Shown here one piece after another: positions 44,494 through 54,152 of a stretch of DNA of 64,000 bases. How positions within the stretch are numbered: position 1 is the first letter of the stretch; each line of letters starts with the position of its first letter. Below the pieces are notes generated by a model, which was not told the origin of the DNA, made no database searches, and worked only from the letters and a program-made list of their open reading frames with translations. Source of the DNA: a virus. The DNA lies in the IMG/VR virus record IMGVR_UViG_3300048793_000029, positions 8,250-72,249 of that record. The stretch is one strand, 5' to 3'. Position numbers and translations under genes: made by a program.

Positions 44494-44672
44494 CCCAATA
44501 CGAGAACGTGCCCAACGTTCTGGCCGTCGTGATCTCCAGCGAACTAGCCACCCTCCACGAGCTTGACACCGTTTATTCGGTCGAGGACGTTTACGTGTTC
44601 CTCGAGATCATCGCCACCAATAATCACAACAAACGCGCGTACCGGAAGTTTTACGAAAAGCAGCAGCAATAA
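44433..44672 (+). CDS. -1 frameshift extension of the tail assembly chaperone
   Basis: Slippery G-GGT-TTT at 44427-44433; -1 frame open to TAA 44670-72 (...ATLHELDTVYSVEDVY...LEII). Confidence 0.75.
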   Translation, partial: FFRRSAPKLDPDSGDRPADLAQYENVPNVLAVVISSELATLHELDTVYSVEDVYVFLEIIATNNHNKRAYRKFYEKQQQ

Positions 44673-46531
44673 TGGCAACTATCATCGACGAATTGGTAGT
44701 GCAACTTGGCCTCGACCCTACGAAGTTTGTCGAGGGCGGCCACGTCACGGTTGCTGAGTATAAGAAGCTTGTCGAGGGCATTGATAAGCACAGTAAAGAT
44801 GCGGTCAAGTCAGTCAAGACCGTAGAGGACGGCTTCACCAAGGTCACCAGAGCCATCGGTGAGATGACTGCCGGCTACTTGACTGTTACCGGCATCAGTA
44901 GCTTCATCCAGCAAACTAACGCCACCAATGTTGCGGTCGGCCAGTTGGCGACGACGCTCGGCCTGATGCCGGATAAGATCGCTCAATATACGGAGGCCGC
45001 GCGGCGGGCTAATATCAATCCGCAGTCGATGACGTCAGCCCTCAACACGCTGAACATGCGGGCGGGCGCTGCCAAGCAGGGGCAGGACTCTGCACTCTTC
45101 GACCCGTTGGCAAGGCTCGGTGTTAACCCGAATGTGGTGTGGTCAAACGACCCCACTACTATGTTGCGTGGTATCGCGTCAGCGGCGCAGAAACAGATTG
45201 CCGGTGGCCGGCCGCTCGATGAGGTTAACGCCAACCTGGCCGCTATTGGATTGAACGGCGACCTGATCTATATGATCGATCGGTCGGACAAGAAGCTCAA
45301 GGAATTCTTTGAGGACGCCGAGAAGCTCCATGCAACAACGAACGCCCAGATCGAATCTTCCACGAGGCTGCTGAGTGCCTGGAACGAGTTCGTCCCGATC
45401 CTCACTAAGCTCGGTAACTCTATCGCTAAGGACCTCGACGGGCCGCTGGGTTGGCTCGTGAAAACCATGGGCGGCGTTAACGACCACATGGAGGCGTTCA
45501 AACACCTTCTCGAAGAGATCGGCGGCCTGCTGATCGGGACGTCTTTAGGCGCGGCCATCGGCGGTATCATTGGATTCTTCAGCCCCGTCCCAGGCGGCAT
45601 GGCCATAGGTGCCGGCATCGGTGCGCGTATCGGCGCGGGCGTCGGATTATTGGGTGGCGCGGGCCTTGCGGCTAGCAGTCCTCCAGACCCGAACCTTGCC
45701 GCGGCGCCAAAAGGCGGCAGCAACGCGGTAGCTCCGGCTGGAGGCACAGCTCCTGCTCCGGGAGCTGGAGGTACTGGCTTAACTACCTTGCAAGCGGATC
45801 GTGCGAGATTTGCAGAGGAATTGAGGCTCAATCCTGGTTTGAAGGACGAACTCTTTAAGCATGCTACTGGCGAAAACAATGACCCGCTTGCAAATAAGAT
45901 TATCATGGAAACGGCAATGAACCGCGCTTCGCAGCGGCACACTTCGTTAGCTGCACAGCTTGGCTATTTTCAGGGTTATCGAGGCTATGATTCTAAGCAT
46001 GCAGCAATGATGGAACAAAACCTCAAAAGTGTGCTTAGCGGCTCAAACGAGGGCCTTGGTGCAACAGATAACTCATCCGGTGGATTGGCCGAGCGCGAGA
46101 AAGCAAGCGGCAAATTTATACATCGACGCACGGTTAACGGTGAGTCTTTCTTCATTCCTGGCTCGGCTGAAAAAGGATTACAAAGAAGTTACGGCCCATG
46201 GGCAGCGCAGCGTGGTCTAGATCCTACCACTGGATTAGCGTTACCCAGCGCTGCTGCTCCCGTTCCTGCTCAGGCTGCTCCAGCCAGCGGCAGCAACGCC
46301 GTCGTTCCTGCTGTCCCCGCTGAGGAGGGCTGGGGCCATTGGCTAGGCCGGCACATGCCAAGTTTCTTGTCGCCGTCATCGTCGTCCACCACCAACAACA
46401 AGCAATCGTCGTTGAGCATCGGCAACATGAACTTCCACGGCGTGCGTGATATGAAAGACGTGGCGGACAACATTCAGCCGTTCATCGCAAACCGCTTCTC
46501 GGCCGTCGCGGCGGATACCGGCTATGGTTGA
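44672..46531 (+). CDS. tape measure protein
   Basis: MATIIDELVV.LGLD start, helical Ala-rich body, Gly-rich hydrophobic segment; position after the chaperone. Confidence 0.85.
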   Translation: MATIIDELVVQLGLDPTKFVEGGHVTVAEYKKLVEGIDKHSKDAVKSVKTVEDGFTKVTRAIGEMTAGYLTVTGISSFIQQTNATNVAVGQLATTLGLMPDKIAQYTEAARRANINPQSMTSALNTLNMRAGAAKQGQDSALFDPLARLGVNPNVVWSNDPTTMLRGIASAAQKQIAGGRPLDEVNANLAAIGLNGDLIYMIDRSDKKLKEFFEDAEKLHATTNAQIESSTRLLSAWNEFVPILTKLGNSIAKDLDGPLGWLVKTMGGVNDHMEAFKHLLEEIGGLLIGTSLGAAIGGIIGFFSPVPGGMAIGAGIGARIGAGVGLLGGAGLAASSPPDPNLAAAPKGGSNAVAPAGGTAPAPGAGGTGLTTLQADRARFAEELRLNPGLKDELFKHATGENNDPLANKIIMETAMNRASQRHTSLAAQLGYFQGYRGYDSKHAAMMEQNLKSVLSGSNEGLGATDNSSGGLAEREKASGKFIHRRTVNGESFFIPGSAEKGLQRSYGPWAAQRGLDPTTGLALPSAAAPVPAQAAPASGSNAVVPAVPAEEGWGHWLGRHMPSFLSPSSSSTTNNKQSSLSIGNMNFHGVRDMKDVADNIQPFIANRFSAVAADTGYG

Positions 46532-47285
46532 TCAGATTCAGCTACCGGAAATCAACGTCACCGGCAGCCTTGCTGAGGGCGGAGCAGCAGCAACGCAAAG
46601 TATTCCCGGCGTTCCCGTGCTGTTCGGCGGCGTATCAATATCGTTTCCGACGCTGATGACTGGCGATGTAGTTGACGCTCTTAGTTTTGGTGTGGGACCG
46701 CAGTGGGGCGTCTATCAAGGTGGCAGTCCTGTGGTGGTGTTCGACTCCTTCTTGGAGATCGACTACCGTCAGACCTGGAACATATCTGATTATCCGGTCG
46801 AGCGGGGCGGCTTTGAGAGCTACAACAAGGTTTACACGCCGTTCGAGGCTCGCGTTAAGTTTGCCGCCGGAGGCACTGAGGCAAACCGCGCTGAATTATT
46901 GGCATCGGTAGCGGCTATAGCGGGGACGCTTCAGCTTTACGACGTGGTTACGCCGGAAGTTGTTTACCAGTCGGTGAACGTCAAACACTACGAATATCGT
47001 AGAACGGCCACCAATGGTCTCGGTATCATTACGGTGGAGATGTGGTTGGAGGAGGTCCGCGTCACTGTCAGCGAGGATTCGTCCACCACGGCTGGGACGA
47101 GTAGCGCGAACAGTTCGAGCAGCGGAGTAGCTACCGATGGGGTCACGCCACCGGCGGCAACTGACGTCGTAGCCCCGCTGGACCCATCTGGTGCCAATTT
47201 GAACAACAACGGGGTCACCCCTGCTGTACCAAGCGATCCGTCTCTCAGTGATCCGTCCCTTATGCTCTGGTCCGGTGTGTGGTGA
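46524..47285 (+). CDS. tail tube initiator / Dit-like baseplate protein
   Basis: ISDYPVE.G.F.SYNKV..P; VVTPE. Confidence 0.78.
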   Translation: MVDQIQLPEINVTGSLAEGGAAATQSIPGVPVLFGGVSISFPTLMTGDVVDALSFGVGPQWGVYQGGSPVVVFDSFLEIDYRQTWNISDYPVERGGFESYNKVYTPFEARVKFAAGGTEANRAELLASVAAIAGTLQLYDVVTPEVVYQSVNVKHYEYRRTATNGLGIITVEMWLEEVRVTVSEDSSTTAGTSSANSSSSGVATDGVTPPAATDVVAPLDPSGANLNNNGVTPAVPSDPSLSDPSLMLWSGVW

Positions 47286-47729
47286 ATGTTGACTATTCCC
47301 ATCACGGCAAACTACGCACAGACCTTGACGACGGTTTTGAACCAGCAGACCTGTCATATCAACATCTATCAGAAGTTCTATGGCGTGTTCGTAGACCTGT
47401 ACGTCGACACCGGTCTCATCATCGGTGGCGTGCTTGCTGAAGACCGCAATTTCATCGTCAGGGACACTTACCTTGGGTTCTTGGGCGACATTGGCTTCAT
47501 CGACACTCAGGGTAATGACGATCCAAATTACGTCGGCCTCGGCTCTCGCTTTGTGCTGGTCTATCTTACCCCGGCAGAGGTCGCCATTGCGCAGAAGGCC
47601 TACGTGGCCAGCGCATCAGCTCTTCCGCCATTTATTCCTTCCTCTATCGTGCCTGTTCCCCCAATCGCCACCCCATCGTTAGACTTCTCTGATCCGGCAA
47701 ACAGCCAATATATTGGGATGTTCCCATGA
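47286..47729 (+). CDS. small baseplate protein with C-terminal extension
   Basis: IP.....Q.....L..Q.C.I..YQK, YLGF.GD..F.DTQG..DP...GLG.RF.L.Y. Confidence 0.75.
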   Translation: MLTIPITANYAQTLTTVLNQQTCHINIYQKFYGVFVDLYVDTGLIIGGVLAEDRNFIVRDTYLGFLGDIGFIDTQGNDDPNYVGLGSRFVLVYLTPAEVAIAQKAYVASASALPPFIPSSIVPVPPIATPSLDFSDPANSQYIGMFP

Positions 47730-47749
47730 CACGTAGAGGATTTGACTTC

Positions 47750-48343
47750 ATGATTAGGTACTGGAAAGGCACTATAGCCATATTGTTAACATTGGCGGCT
47801 GTCAGTGCTGCCATTGCCGCGAGCGGCACCATCACGGTCAAGGACGGGAACGGTGTAGCGCGCACGTATGCCGTAGTGACGGACGGGTCTGGAAACTACG
47901 TCGCTATGAACGTGATATGCGACTATTCGTCGGCAGCGAATTGCGCGACGGTTAATAGCTCGCACCAACTCAGTGTCGTTGCTTCATCTGACCCCTGCAT
48001 GTCAGCGGCCAAGACAAACCTATCTATCGATAGCAACACAACGGCCCTCACGCAACTTATCGCCGCATCTGGTTCTACTCAAATTTATATCTGTTCGGTT
48101 TTGATTGTATCTAATGGAACAACTATCACTTTCAACACTGGTACTGGCACCAATTGCGGCACCGGCACTGCTGGACTAATTGGCGGAACGACAGTTGGCC
48201 ACTCGATGACTCTTGCAAATAGCAATTTGACCTACGGCAACGGGTTGGGAACCGTAGCTGTCACTGGCGTCGGAGGCGAAGTCTGTATGGCGCTCGGTTC
48301 GTCCGTCTATGTTGCCGGTAATATGACCTACGTGCAGCAGTAG
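47750..48343 (+). CDS. exported beta-rich protein (signal peptide, 6 Cys)
   Basis: AGAGGA RBS; MIRYWKGTIAILLTLAAVSAAIA|. Confidence 0.72.
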   Translation: MIRYWKGTIAILLTLAAVSAAIAASGTITVKDGNGVARTYAVVTDGSGNYVAMNVICDYSSAANCATVNSSHQLSVVASSDPCMSAAKTNLSIDSNTTALTQLIAASGSTQIYICSVLIVSNGTTITFNTGTGTNCGTGTAGLIGGTTVGHSMTLANSNLTYGNGLGTVAVTGVGGEVCMALGSSVYVAGNMTYVQQ

Positions 48344-48352
48344 CTATCAAGC

Positions 48353-49198
48353 ATGGCCTTCGTCGAACGCGTCATCACCGTGACGTTCGCCATGGGTGGT
48401 GGTGCCGGTGGTGGTGGCGTTACGTTGTCCGGTCTAAGAGTCATAACCAATATTACCGTGGCAGGAGCACACTGGATCACGGCCACTGCCAATATATTCG
48501 GCATGACGCTTTCGCACATGAACGCCCTGACGACGGTGCCATGGCGGCCACTGACGCGCGGCAAGAACTTGGTGCAGATCCAAGCTGGCGACGCCCAGAA
48601 CGGTATGTCCGTTGTGTTTAACGGCACTATCATGCAGGCTTGGCCTGACATGCAGAGCATGCCGGAAGTGTCGTTCCGCGTTGACGCTAATGTAGGCGGC
48701 TGGGAGAAGGTCAACCCGAAGGACCCGACCAGTTTCTCCGGGCCTACTAAGGTCTCTGACGTTCATGCCGCCATAGCGCAGAAGCTAGAAGCCAAGCCGG
48801 AGAACAACGGCGTTACGGCAATGATCTCCAACCCGTACATGTGGGGGCCGCCTTACACCCAGATGCAGCAGCTTGCTAGGGCAACGCGCATCGGTTGGAT
48901 ACTGGAGAATGGTGTGTGTGCCATCTGGCCACAGCAGGGCAGCCGAACGTCAGCCGGCCAGACTGTGATATCGCCGCAGACTGGCATGGTGGGCTACCCC
49001 ATGGCGGTGCCTGGCGGCATAGTGGTGCGAACGCTGTTCAACAAGGCCATAGCTTACGCCTCCCAGTTCACGGTTCAGAGCGATATTACGCAGGCCAACG
49101 GATTGTGGAAGGTGACGAAGATAGACCTCGAACTCGACTCCCAGATGCCGAACGGTCGTTGGTTTGCCCTATTGTATGGCACGCCGATAGGTAACTGA
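48353..49198 (+). CDS. baseplate hub protein
   Basis: I.GM....MN.L, AGD......VF.GTI, ENNGV, ISP.TGMVGYP. Confidence 0.8.
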   Translation: MAFVERVITVTFAMGGGAGGGGVTLSGLRVITNITVAGAHWITATANIFGMTLSHMNALTTVPWRPLTRGKNLVQIQAGDAQNGMSVVFNGTIMQAWPDMQSMPEVSFRVDANVGGWEKVNPKDPTSFSGPTKVSDVHAAIAQKLEAKPENNGVTAMISNPYMWGPPYTQMQQLARATRIGWILENGVCAIWPQQGSRTSAGQTVISPQTGMVGYPMAVPGGIVVRTLFNKAIAYASQFTVQSDITQANGLWKVTKIDLELDSQMPNGRWFALLYGTPIGN

Positions 49199-49199
49199 C

Positions 49200-49907
49200 A
49201 TGGCCGACGAACATCCCAGTACCGAGTTCATGGAGTCGCCGGCTGCCGACTTCAATACGCATCAGTTTCTGCAAGACCGCGGGCTGAATCGCACGGCAAA
49301 GGCAACGCTCGTTCAAGTGACCAAGGTGTCGACGACCGGACAGGTTGCCCCGGTCGGCACCGTTAGCGTCTCGCCACTGGTGAAGATGCAGGACGCGCTA
49401 GGCAACGTGCATCCGCACAGTGAGATGCACAACCTGCCATACTTCCGTATGCAGGGCGGTGCTGACAAGGCGGTTATCCTTGATCCGAAGGTCGGCGATA
49501 TCGGTGTGGCCGTGTTTGCGGACAGGGATATAAGTACTGCCGTCAAGAACAACTCTGGATGGGACGGCACGAAGAAAGTAAGCGACGCCCAGGCCCCGCC
49601 GGGATCGTTTCGACAGCACGACATGGCTGACGGTATGTTCTTCGGCTGCTTCCTCGGCGGTAAGCCGAAGAGTTATATTCAATTTAAGGATGACGGCAGC
49701 ATAAACATGAGTCCAGACGAGGGCACCACTTCGTTTCTTCTCGAAAAGAATAAAGCGACGCTCACGGCCACTCAGTTTATTGTCAACGGGACTTCTTACC
49801 TCGGCGGTCCGGATGCGAGCCTGAAAGCTGGTATGGTTGGTACCGTTGATACTGATGGCGATGCGCTAACGCAGGAAGCGGCGGCAACAAAAGTGTTTAT
49901 GAAGTAA
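49200..49907 (+). CDS. baseplate spike (Gp138-N type)
   Basis: LPYFR.QGG...VILDP.VGDIG...F.DRDIS, PGS.R.H..ADG. Confidence 0.85.
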   Translation: MADEHPSTEFMESPAADFNTHQFLQDRGLNRTAKATLVQVTKVSTTGQVAPVGTVSVSPLVKMQDALGNVHPHSEMHNLPYFRMQGGADKAVILDPKVGDIGVAVFADRDISTAVKNNSGWDGTKKVSDAQAPPGSFRQHDMADGMFFGCFLGGKPKSYIQFKDDGSINMSPDEGTTSFLLEKNKATLTATQFIVNGTSYLGGPDASLKAGMVGTVDTDGDALTQEAAATKVFMK

Positions 49908-50257
49908 TGCAAACCTTTCTCCTCGATACCGCCGGTTGGGATCTGACGATAGATTCCGACAGGAACATCGCCATGGCCAGCGAACCGTACTCGCAGGCGC
50001 AGGACGCGGCCAGCGCCATCAAGACCTTCCAGGGCGAGTGCTACTACAACATCAATCTTGGCATCCCATACTGGAGTAGCGTACTGGGATTCACGCCGTC
50101 GCTGGCGCTGATGAAGTCCTACTTCATGACAATGGCGCTCCTTGTTCCAGGCACTACCACGGCGGTCTGCTATATAAATTCGTTCGTTAATCGAAAGGTC
50201 ACAGGTCAGGTGCAAATAACAAACTCGGCTGGCCAAATCTCAGCGGCAGGCTTCTAG
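49907..50257 (+). CDS. baseplate wedge / sheath initiator (gp25-like)
   Basis: LD...WDL..D...NIA, Y..AQD.A.AI..F.GE.YY....GIPY. Confidence 0.8.
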   Translation: MQTFLLDTAGWDLTIDSDRNIAMASEPYSQAQDAASAIKTFQGECYYNINLGIPYWSSVLGFTPSLALMKSYFMTMALLVPGTTTAVCYINSFVNRKVTGQVQITNSAGQISAAGF

Positions 50258-50258
50258 C

Positions 50259-51695
50259 ATGACGAACGTGCCGCCACCGACCTTCGGCCCACGAGGGTTC
50301 ATTGCCCCTCTAGAGTCGCAGATACTCGCCGGCTTTCAGGCCGACATCAACGCTGCTTTCGGTGGCAATCTGAATACAGCACTCAATACGCCGCAGGGTC
50401 AGTTGGCCTCGTCGATGGCTGCCGTTACTGGCAACGCTATGGACACTTTCGCGCTAATGGCCAACTCTGTTGATCCGGCCTACGCCACCGGCCGCTACCA
50501 GGACGGCATCGCTCGCATCTACTTCATTGAGCGAATACCTTCGTCGTCCACTGTGGTGCTGGCAACTTGCTCAGGGTTGACGGGAACGCTGATCCCAGTA
50601 GGTTCGCTGGCGCAAGCCGCTGACGGCAATACCTACACTAGTACCGCCGACGGCATTATTGGCGTCAATGGTACGGTCGATATATCGTTTGCCTGCAACG
50701 TGCAGGGCAGTATCTCTTGTCCCGCAAACAGTCTGACGACCATCTACCAAACCGTGCTGGGTTGGGATTCCATCACCAACGCCTCGGATGGCGTCATCGG
50801 CAACGACGTGGAGAACCGCGCCGACTTCGAGAACCGCCGCTTCCAGTCGGTGGCGCACAACTCACTAGGTTTCCTGCCGTCGGTGTTGGGTGCGGTACTG
50901 TCGGTGCCAAACGTAGTTGACGCCTACGTGACGGAGAACGCCACAGGCTCCCCTATCATCGTTACCGGCGTCACCATCGCAGCTCGTTCGATCTACGTGT
51001 CGGCGGCCGGTGGGTTGGCGGCCGATATAGCGCAGGCGCTGTGGCAGAAGAAGGCCCCCGGCTGTGGTTACAACGGCAACACCACGGTCACGGTATACGA
51101 CAACCAATCCGGCTACGACCCACCATACCCAGCCTACCCAGTATCGTTTGAGACGCCAGACCCGCTCGACGTCTTATTCTCTGTAAACATCGTCAACGGC
51201 GTGCTGGTGCCGTCAAATGCGGCGACTCAAATACAAAGTGCCATCATCGCAGCCTTCGCTGGCGAGGACGGCGGCCAGCGCGCTCGCATCGGTTCGATCA
51301 TCTACGCCTCCAGGTTCTACGCTTCGGTGGCGGCATTAGGCCCGTGGGCGCAGATCGTTGCCATTGACATCGGTTCAGCCAACACGCCGGCTGCTTCCAT
51401 CGTCGGCAGCATTAGCGGTCTTACGCTGACGGTGACCAGTTGCACCGCAGCGACCATCGCCAATAATCAATTCTTATCCGGCAGCGCTGGCGGCAGCAGC
51501 GTGGCTATCGGTACCCAGATTGTCGGGCAGGTATCCGGGTCGACCGGCGGCACCGGCACCTATACGGTGAGCATTACGCAAATCGTGCCGTCGATGGCGA
51601 TGGCTACAGCGACCGCCAACCAGAACTCGGTTGCGGTACAGATCAATCAGGTACCGACAGTGTCGGCTCTCGATATCGTGGTTAACACGTCCTAG
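50259..51695 (+). CDS. baseplate J-like protein
   Basis: AFGG.LN....TPQGQ, DP..A.GR.QD.I.RIYF, E.R..FE.RR. Confidence 0.88.
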   Translation: MTNVPPPTFGPRGFIAPLESQILAGFQADINAAFGGNLNTALNTPQGQLASSMAAVTGNAMDTFALMANSVDPAYATGRYQDGIARIYFIERIPSSSTVVLATCSGLTGTLIPVGSLAQAADGNTYTSTADGIIGVNGTVDISFACNVQGSISCPANSLTTIYQTVLGWDSITNASDGVIGNDVENRADFENRRFQSVAHNSLGFLPSVLGAVLSVPNVVDAYVTENATGSPIIVTGVTIAARSIYVSAAGGLAADIAQALWQKKAPGCGYNGNTTVTVYDNQSGYDPPYPAYPVSFETPDPLDVLFSVNIVNGVLVPSNAATQIQSAIIAAFAGEDGGQRARIGSIIYASRFYASVAALGPWAQIVAIDIGSANTPAASIVGSISGLTLTVTSCTAATIANNQFLSGSAGGSSVAIGTQIVGQVSGSTGGTGTYTVSITQIVPSMAMATATANQNSVAVQINQVPTVSALDIVVNTS

Positions 51696-51697
51696 CC

Positions 51698-52408
51698 ATG
51701 TACGCCCTCTTATCTCAATTAGCGCAAATGACGGTAGCTTCGGCCCCCGGCACTGGACCTGTGACGGTCGGCGTTGCCATTCCACCGTTTCCAACACTGG
51801 AGAGTGCTGGCGTCGTCGATGGACAGATTATCCGATATTTCTTGGCCGATGGCGCGGCGTGGGAACGAGGCATCGGCGTCTACACAGTCGCGACTAAGAC
51901 TTTCACGCGGACGGTGCAGCGTTCCAGCTTCGGGTCTTTGCCAATCAACGCTTCGATAAACACCACAGTCAATTGCAGCAGCGCGCAGTTTTCCGGAGGC
52001 GGTGGCGGAGGTAGCGGAATTGCTTACGCTCAAGACTTTGTCTCCCCAGGTGATTTCACACCCGGCACTACTACTAGCCTCACACTTTCAACGACCCCAG
52101 ATTCAGCAGCGTCCCTTCTCATAGCGTTCGATGGCATAGTTCAGTCGCACGATACCTGGTCACTTGCGGGGGCGGTGATTACGTTTTCCTCGGCTATCCC
52201 ATGGAATGTTCAGGTCGTAGAAGCGCAATGCGGGCTTGTTGGCAACAACGTCTTTACTGTTGCCACGTTGCCCGCGGCTTCGGGTCTGGCGGGGGTGCGG
52301 GCGTTTGTCACGGATGCGAACTCAACCACCTTTTTGGCAACCGCAGTTGGCGGCGGCGTGAACGCCGTACCTGTGGTTTGTGACGGCACCTATTGGAAGA
52401 TTGGGTAG
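51698..52408 (+). CDS. fibre/adaptor-like virion protein (no signal peptide)
   Basis: GTG.VT.G.A...F, WE.GIG.Y......TR N-domain; C-terminal TVATLP...G.RAFVTD...DGT.W module. Confidence 0.68.
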   Translation: MYALLSQLAQMTVASAPGTGPVTVGVAIPPFPTLESAGVVDGQIIRYFLADGAAWERGIGVYTVATKTFTRTVQRSSFGSLPINASINTTVNCSSAQFSGGGGGGSGIAYAQDFVSPGDFTPGTTTSLTLSTTPDSAASLLIAFDGIVQSHDTWSLAGAVITFSSAIPWNVQVVEAQCGLVGNNVFTVATLPAASGLAGVRAFVTDANSTTFLATAVGGGVNAVPVVCDGTYWKIG

Positions 52409-52414
52409 AGGAAG

Positions 52415-53542
52415 ATGAAGAAAATTATTGCAGCCCTAATAGTAATCATCACTTTTTCTTTTGCGACTACGCTCACTATTGCGCAACCGGTAACGACAAA
52501 CCCTAATTTAAGCAATTTGACTGGCGTCGATCTTCGGCAGTTTGCGACGCTTTCCTGCAATCCGGCATCACCATCCTCAACAAATGTTGCCGCTGCGGTT
52601 TACAAGGCTAATCAAGCTGGCTTTACTCATTTTTTCATGCCAGCCGGGTGTTTTCTTTATCTCGGTGATGCGGCGTGGACCGCACACTTTACAGTCAATG
52701 TTATTCCTACCGGCTTTTATTTTCAGGGTGAGAACTGGGCAACGTCGGGCATTAGTGTTTGCTCGACCTATACTGGCTGCACACCAGGTAGCGGCACGCT
52801 TATCACAGGAATAGGACCTATCGAAATTAAGAACATGTTCACGATGGACGGCGCCTGTTACAACGTCGACAGCGGTGCTTTTGGTAATCCCGTTTATTGC
52901 CCAATCAGCGAATTATTTACCAACGCCGGTTCCTTTGATCAGGACGTCACCTATCCTGGCCAGGCCATTCAACTTAACATTGGCGCTTATACTAATGGAA
53001 CGTGGAACGGCACTGACCAGCCGGGTTTAGCTATCAATCAAGAAACGCAAGGGGATGTTTTCTTTATAAACGACGTTTCCACGAACACGTCGGCGCATCT
53101 GCTAAATTTCTTCAATCGGTACGGCACTGTGGCGACGCTTAATGTTGATGGTAAATTCTCCATCGGAACTTCGTCAACAGTACATTCCGGGAATGGAATG
53201 ATCCAAATCGCGGATGCTTATGGGACTTGTAACATTTACGCAAACACAAGTGGAGCCCCAGGCTTTGCCTGTTCATCGGATGAAAGATTGAAAAAGGACA
53301 TTCACAAAGCCAAAAGTGAATTGCCGTATCTGATGAGTTTTCCAATTCGGGATTATGTCTGGAAGAAAAACGGTATAGCGGGAACTAGCACGATTGCGCA
53401 ACAGATGCTCAAAGTTCATCCTGAAATGGTGCGAAAGGATGACAGCGGCTATTACGAGGTTGCTGTACCGGAAATCTGGAAGCTCACTAAGGCCATGCAG
53501 GAAATGCAAACAGAAATTGTCGAACTAAAACAGAGGAAGTAA
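52415..53542 (+). CDS. signal-peptide-bearing tailspike-like protein with S74 intramolecular chaperone
   Basis: MKKIIAALIVIITFSFATTLTIA|; SDERLKKDI...Y.WK...IAQ....HPE.V...KAMQE coiled coil. Confidence 0.82.
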   Translation: MKKIIAALIVIITFSFATTLTIAQPVTTNPNLSNLTGVDLRQFATLSCNPASPSSTNVAAAVYKANQAGFTHFFMPAGCFLYLGDAAWTAHFTVNVIPTGFYFQGENWATSGISVCSTYTGCTPGSGTLITGIGPIEIKNMFTMDGACYNVDSGAFGNPVYCPISELFTNAGSFDQDVTYPGQAIQLNIGAYTNGTWNGTDQPGLAINQETQGDVFFINDVSTNTSAHLLNFFNRYGTVATLNVDGKFSIGTSSTVHSGNGMIQIADAYGTCNIYANTSGAPGFACSSDERLKKDIHKAKSELPYLMSFPIRDYVWKKNGIAGTSTIAQQMLKVHPEMVRKDDSGYYEVAVPEIWKLTKAMQEMQTEIVELKQRK

Positions 53543-53547
53543 ATACG

Positions 53548-53901
53548 ATGAAACGTATTGTTGTCGGCCTCCTCATTGCCGTGTTGCCATTCGCTGCGGT
53601 GGCGCAGCAGGTGTGGATCGCAAGTGAGAGCGAGACCTACGATCAAAACACCGACATCGGCAAAGCGATGCAGATTTGCCACCAGTATCTTCATACTGTA
53701 ATTGGGATACAACCGAAGAATGGCTGGCGCGCACAATATGATACGGCGCCGGATTCTAATGGCGTGCCGCGTTGGCAAACTTGTGACGCGGTGCGAACGC
53801 AATGGCAGGCAAGTGGCGTGGCCGCAGCAGCCAAGCAGAAGACAGAAGATGATTTTATCTCTGGTTTTGTGGTGAAGCTCCAGCAGCCGCTTCCGAAGTA
53901 A
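53548..53901 (+). CDS. exported protein (2 Cys)
   Basis: MKRIVVGLLIAVLPFAAVA|. Confidence 0.65.
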   Translation: MKRIVVGLLIAVLPFAAVAQQVWIASESETYDQNTDIGKAMQICHQYLHTVIGIQPKNGWRAQYDTAPDSNGVPRWQTCDAVRTQWQASGVAAAAKQKTEDDFISGFVVKLQQPLPK

Positions 53902-53924
53902 GCAGCGAACGCAGGAAAACCAAA

Positions 53925-54152
53925 ATGATCCGAGCATTTACTATCGCACTCGGCCTCGCAGTGGCTACAGCAGCAAATGCCCAACAGCTAGCGCCGCAGA
54001 CAATGGTTCGGCAACTCATAGCGAATGATGCCAATATCAAAGCTGCGCTGGCTATCGAACTCGACAAGGCCAACGCGCGGATCGCGGCACTTATAGCCGA
54101 GAACGAGGCGTTGAAGAAGGCGCAGGGCAAGACAGAAGCGAAGAAGCCTTAA
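53925..54152 (+). CDS. small exported coiled-coil protein
   Basis: MIRAFTIALGLAVATAANA|. Confidence 0.65.
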   Translation: MIRAFTIALGLAVATAANAQQLAPQTMVRQLIANDANIKAALAIELDKANARIAALIAENEALKKAQGKTEAKKP

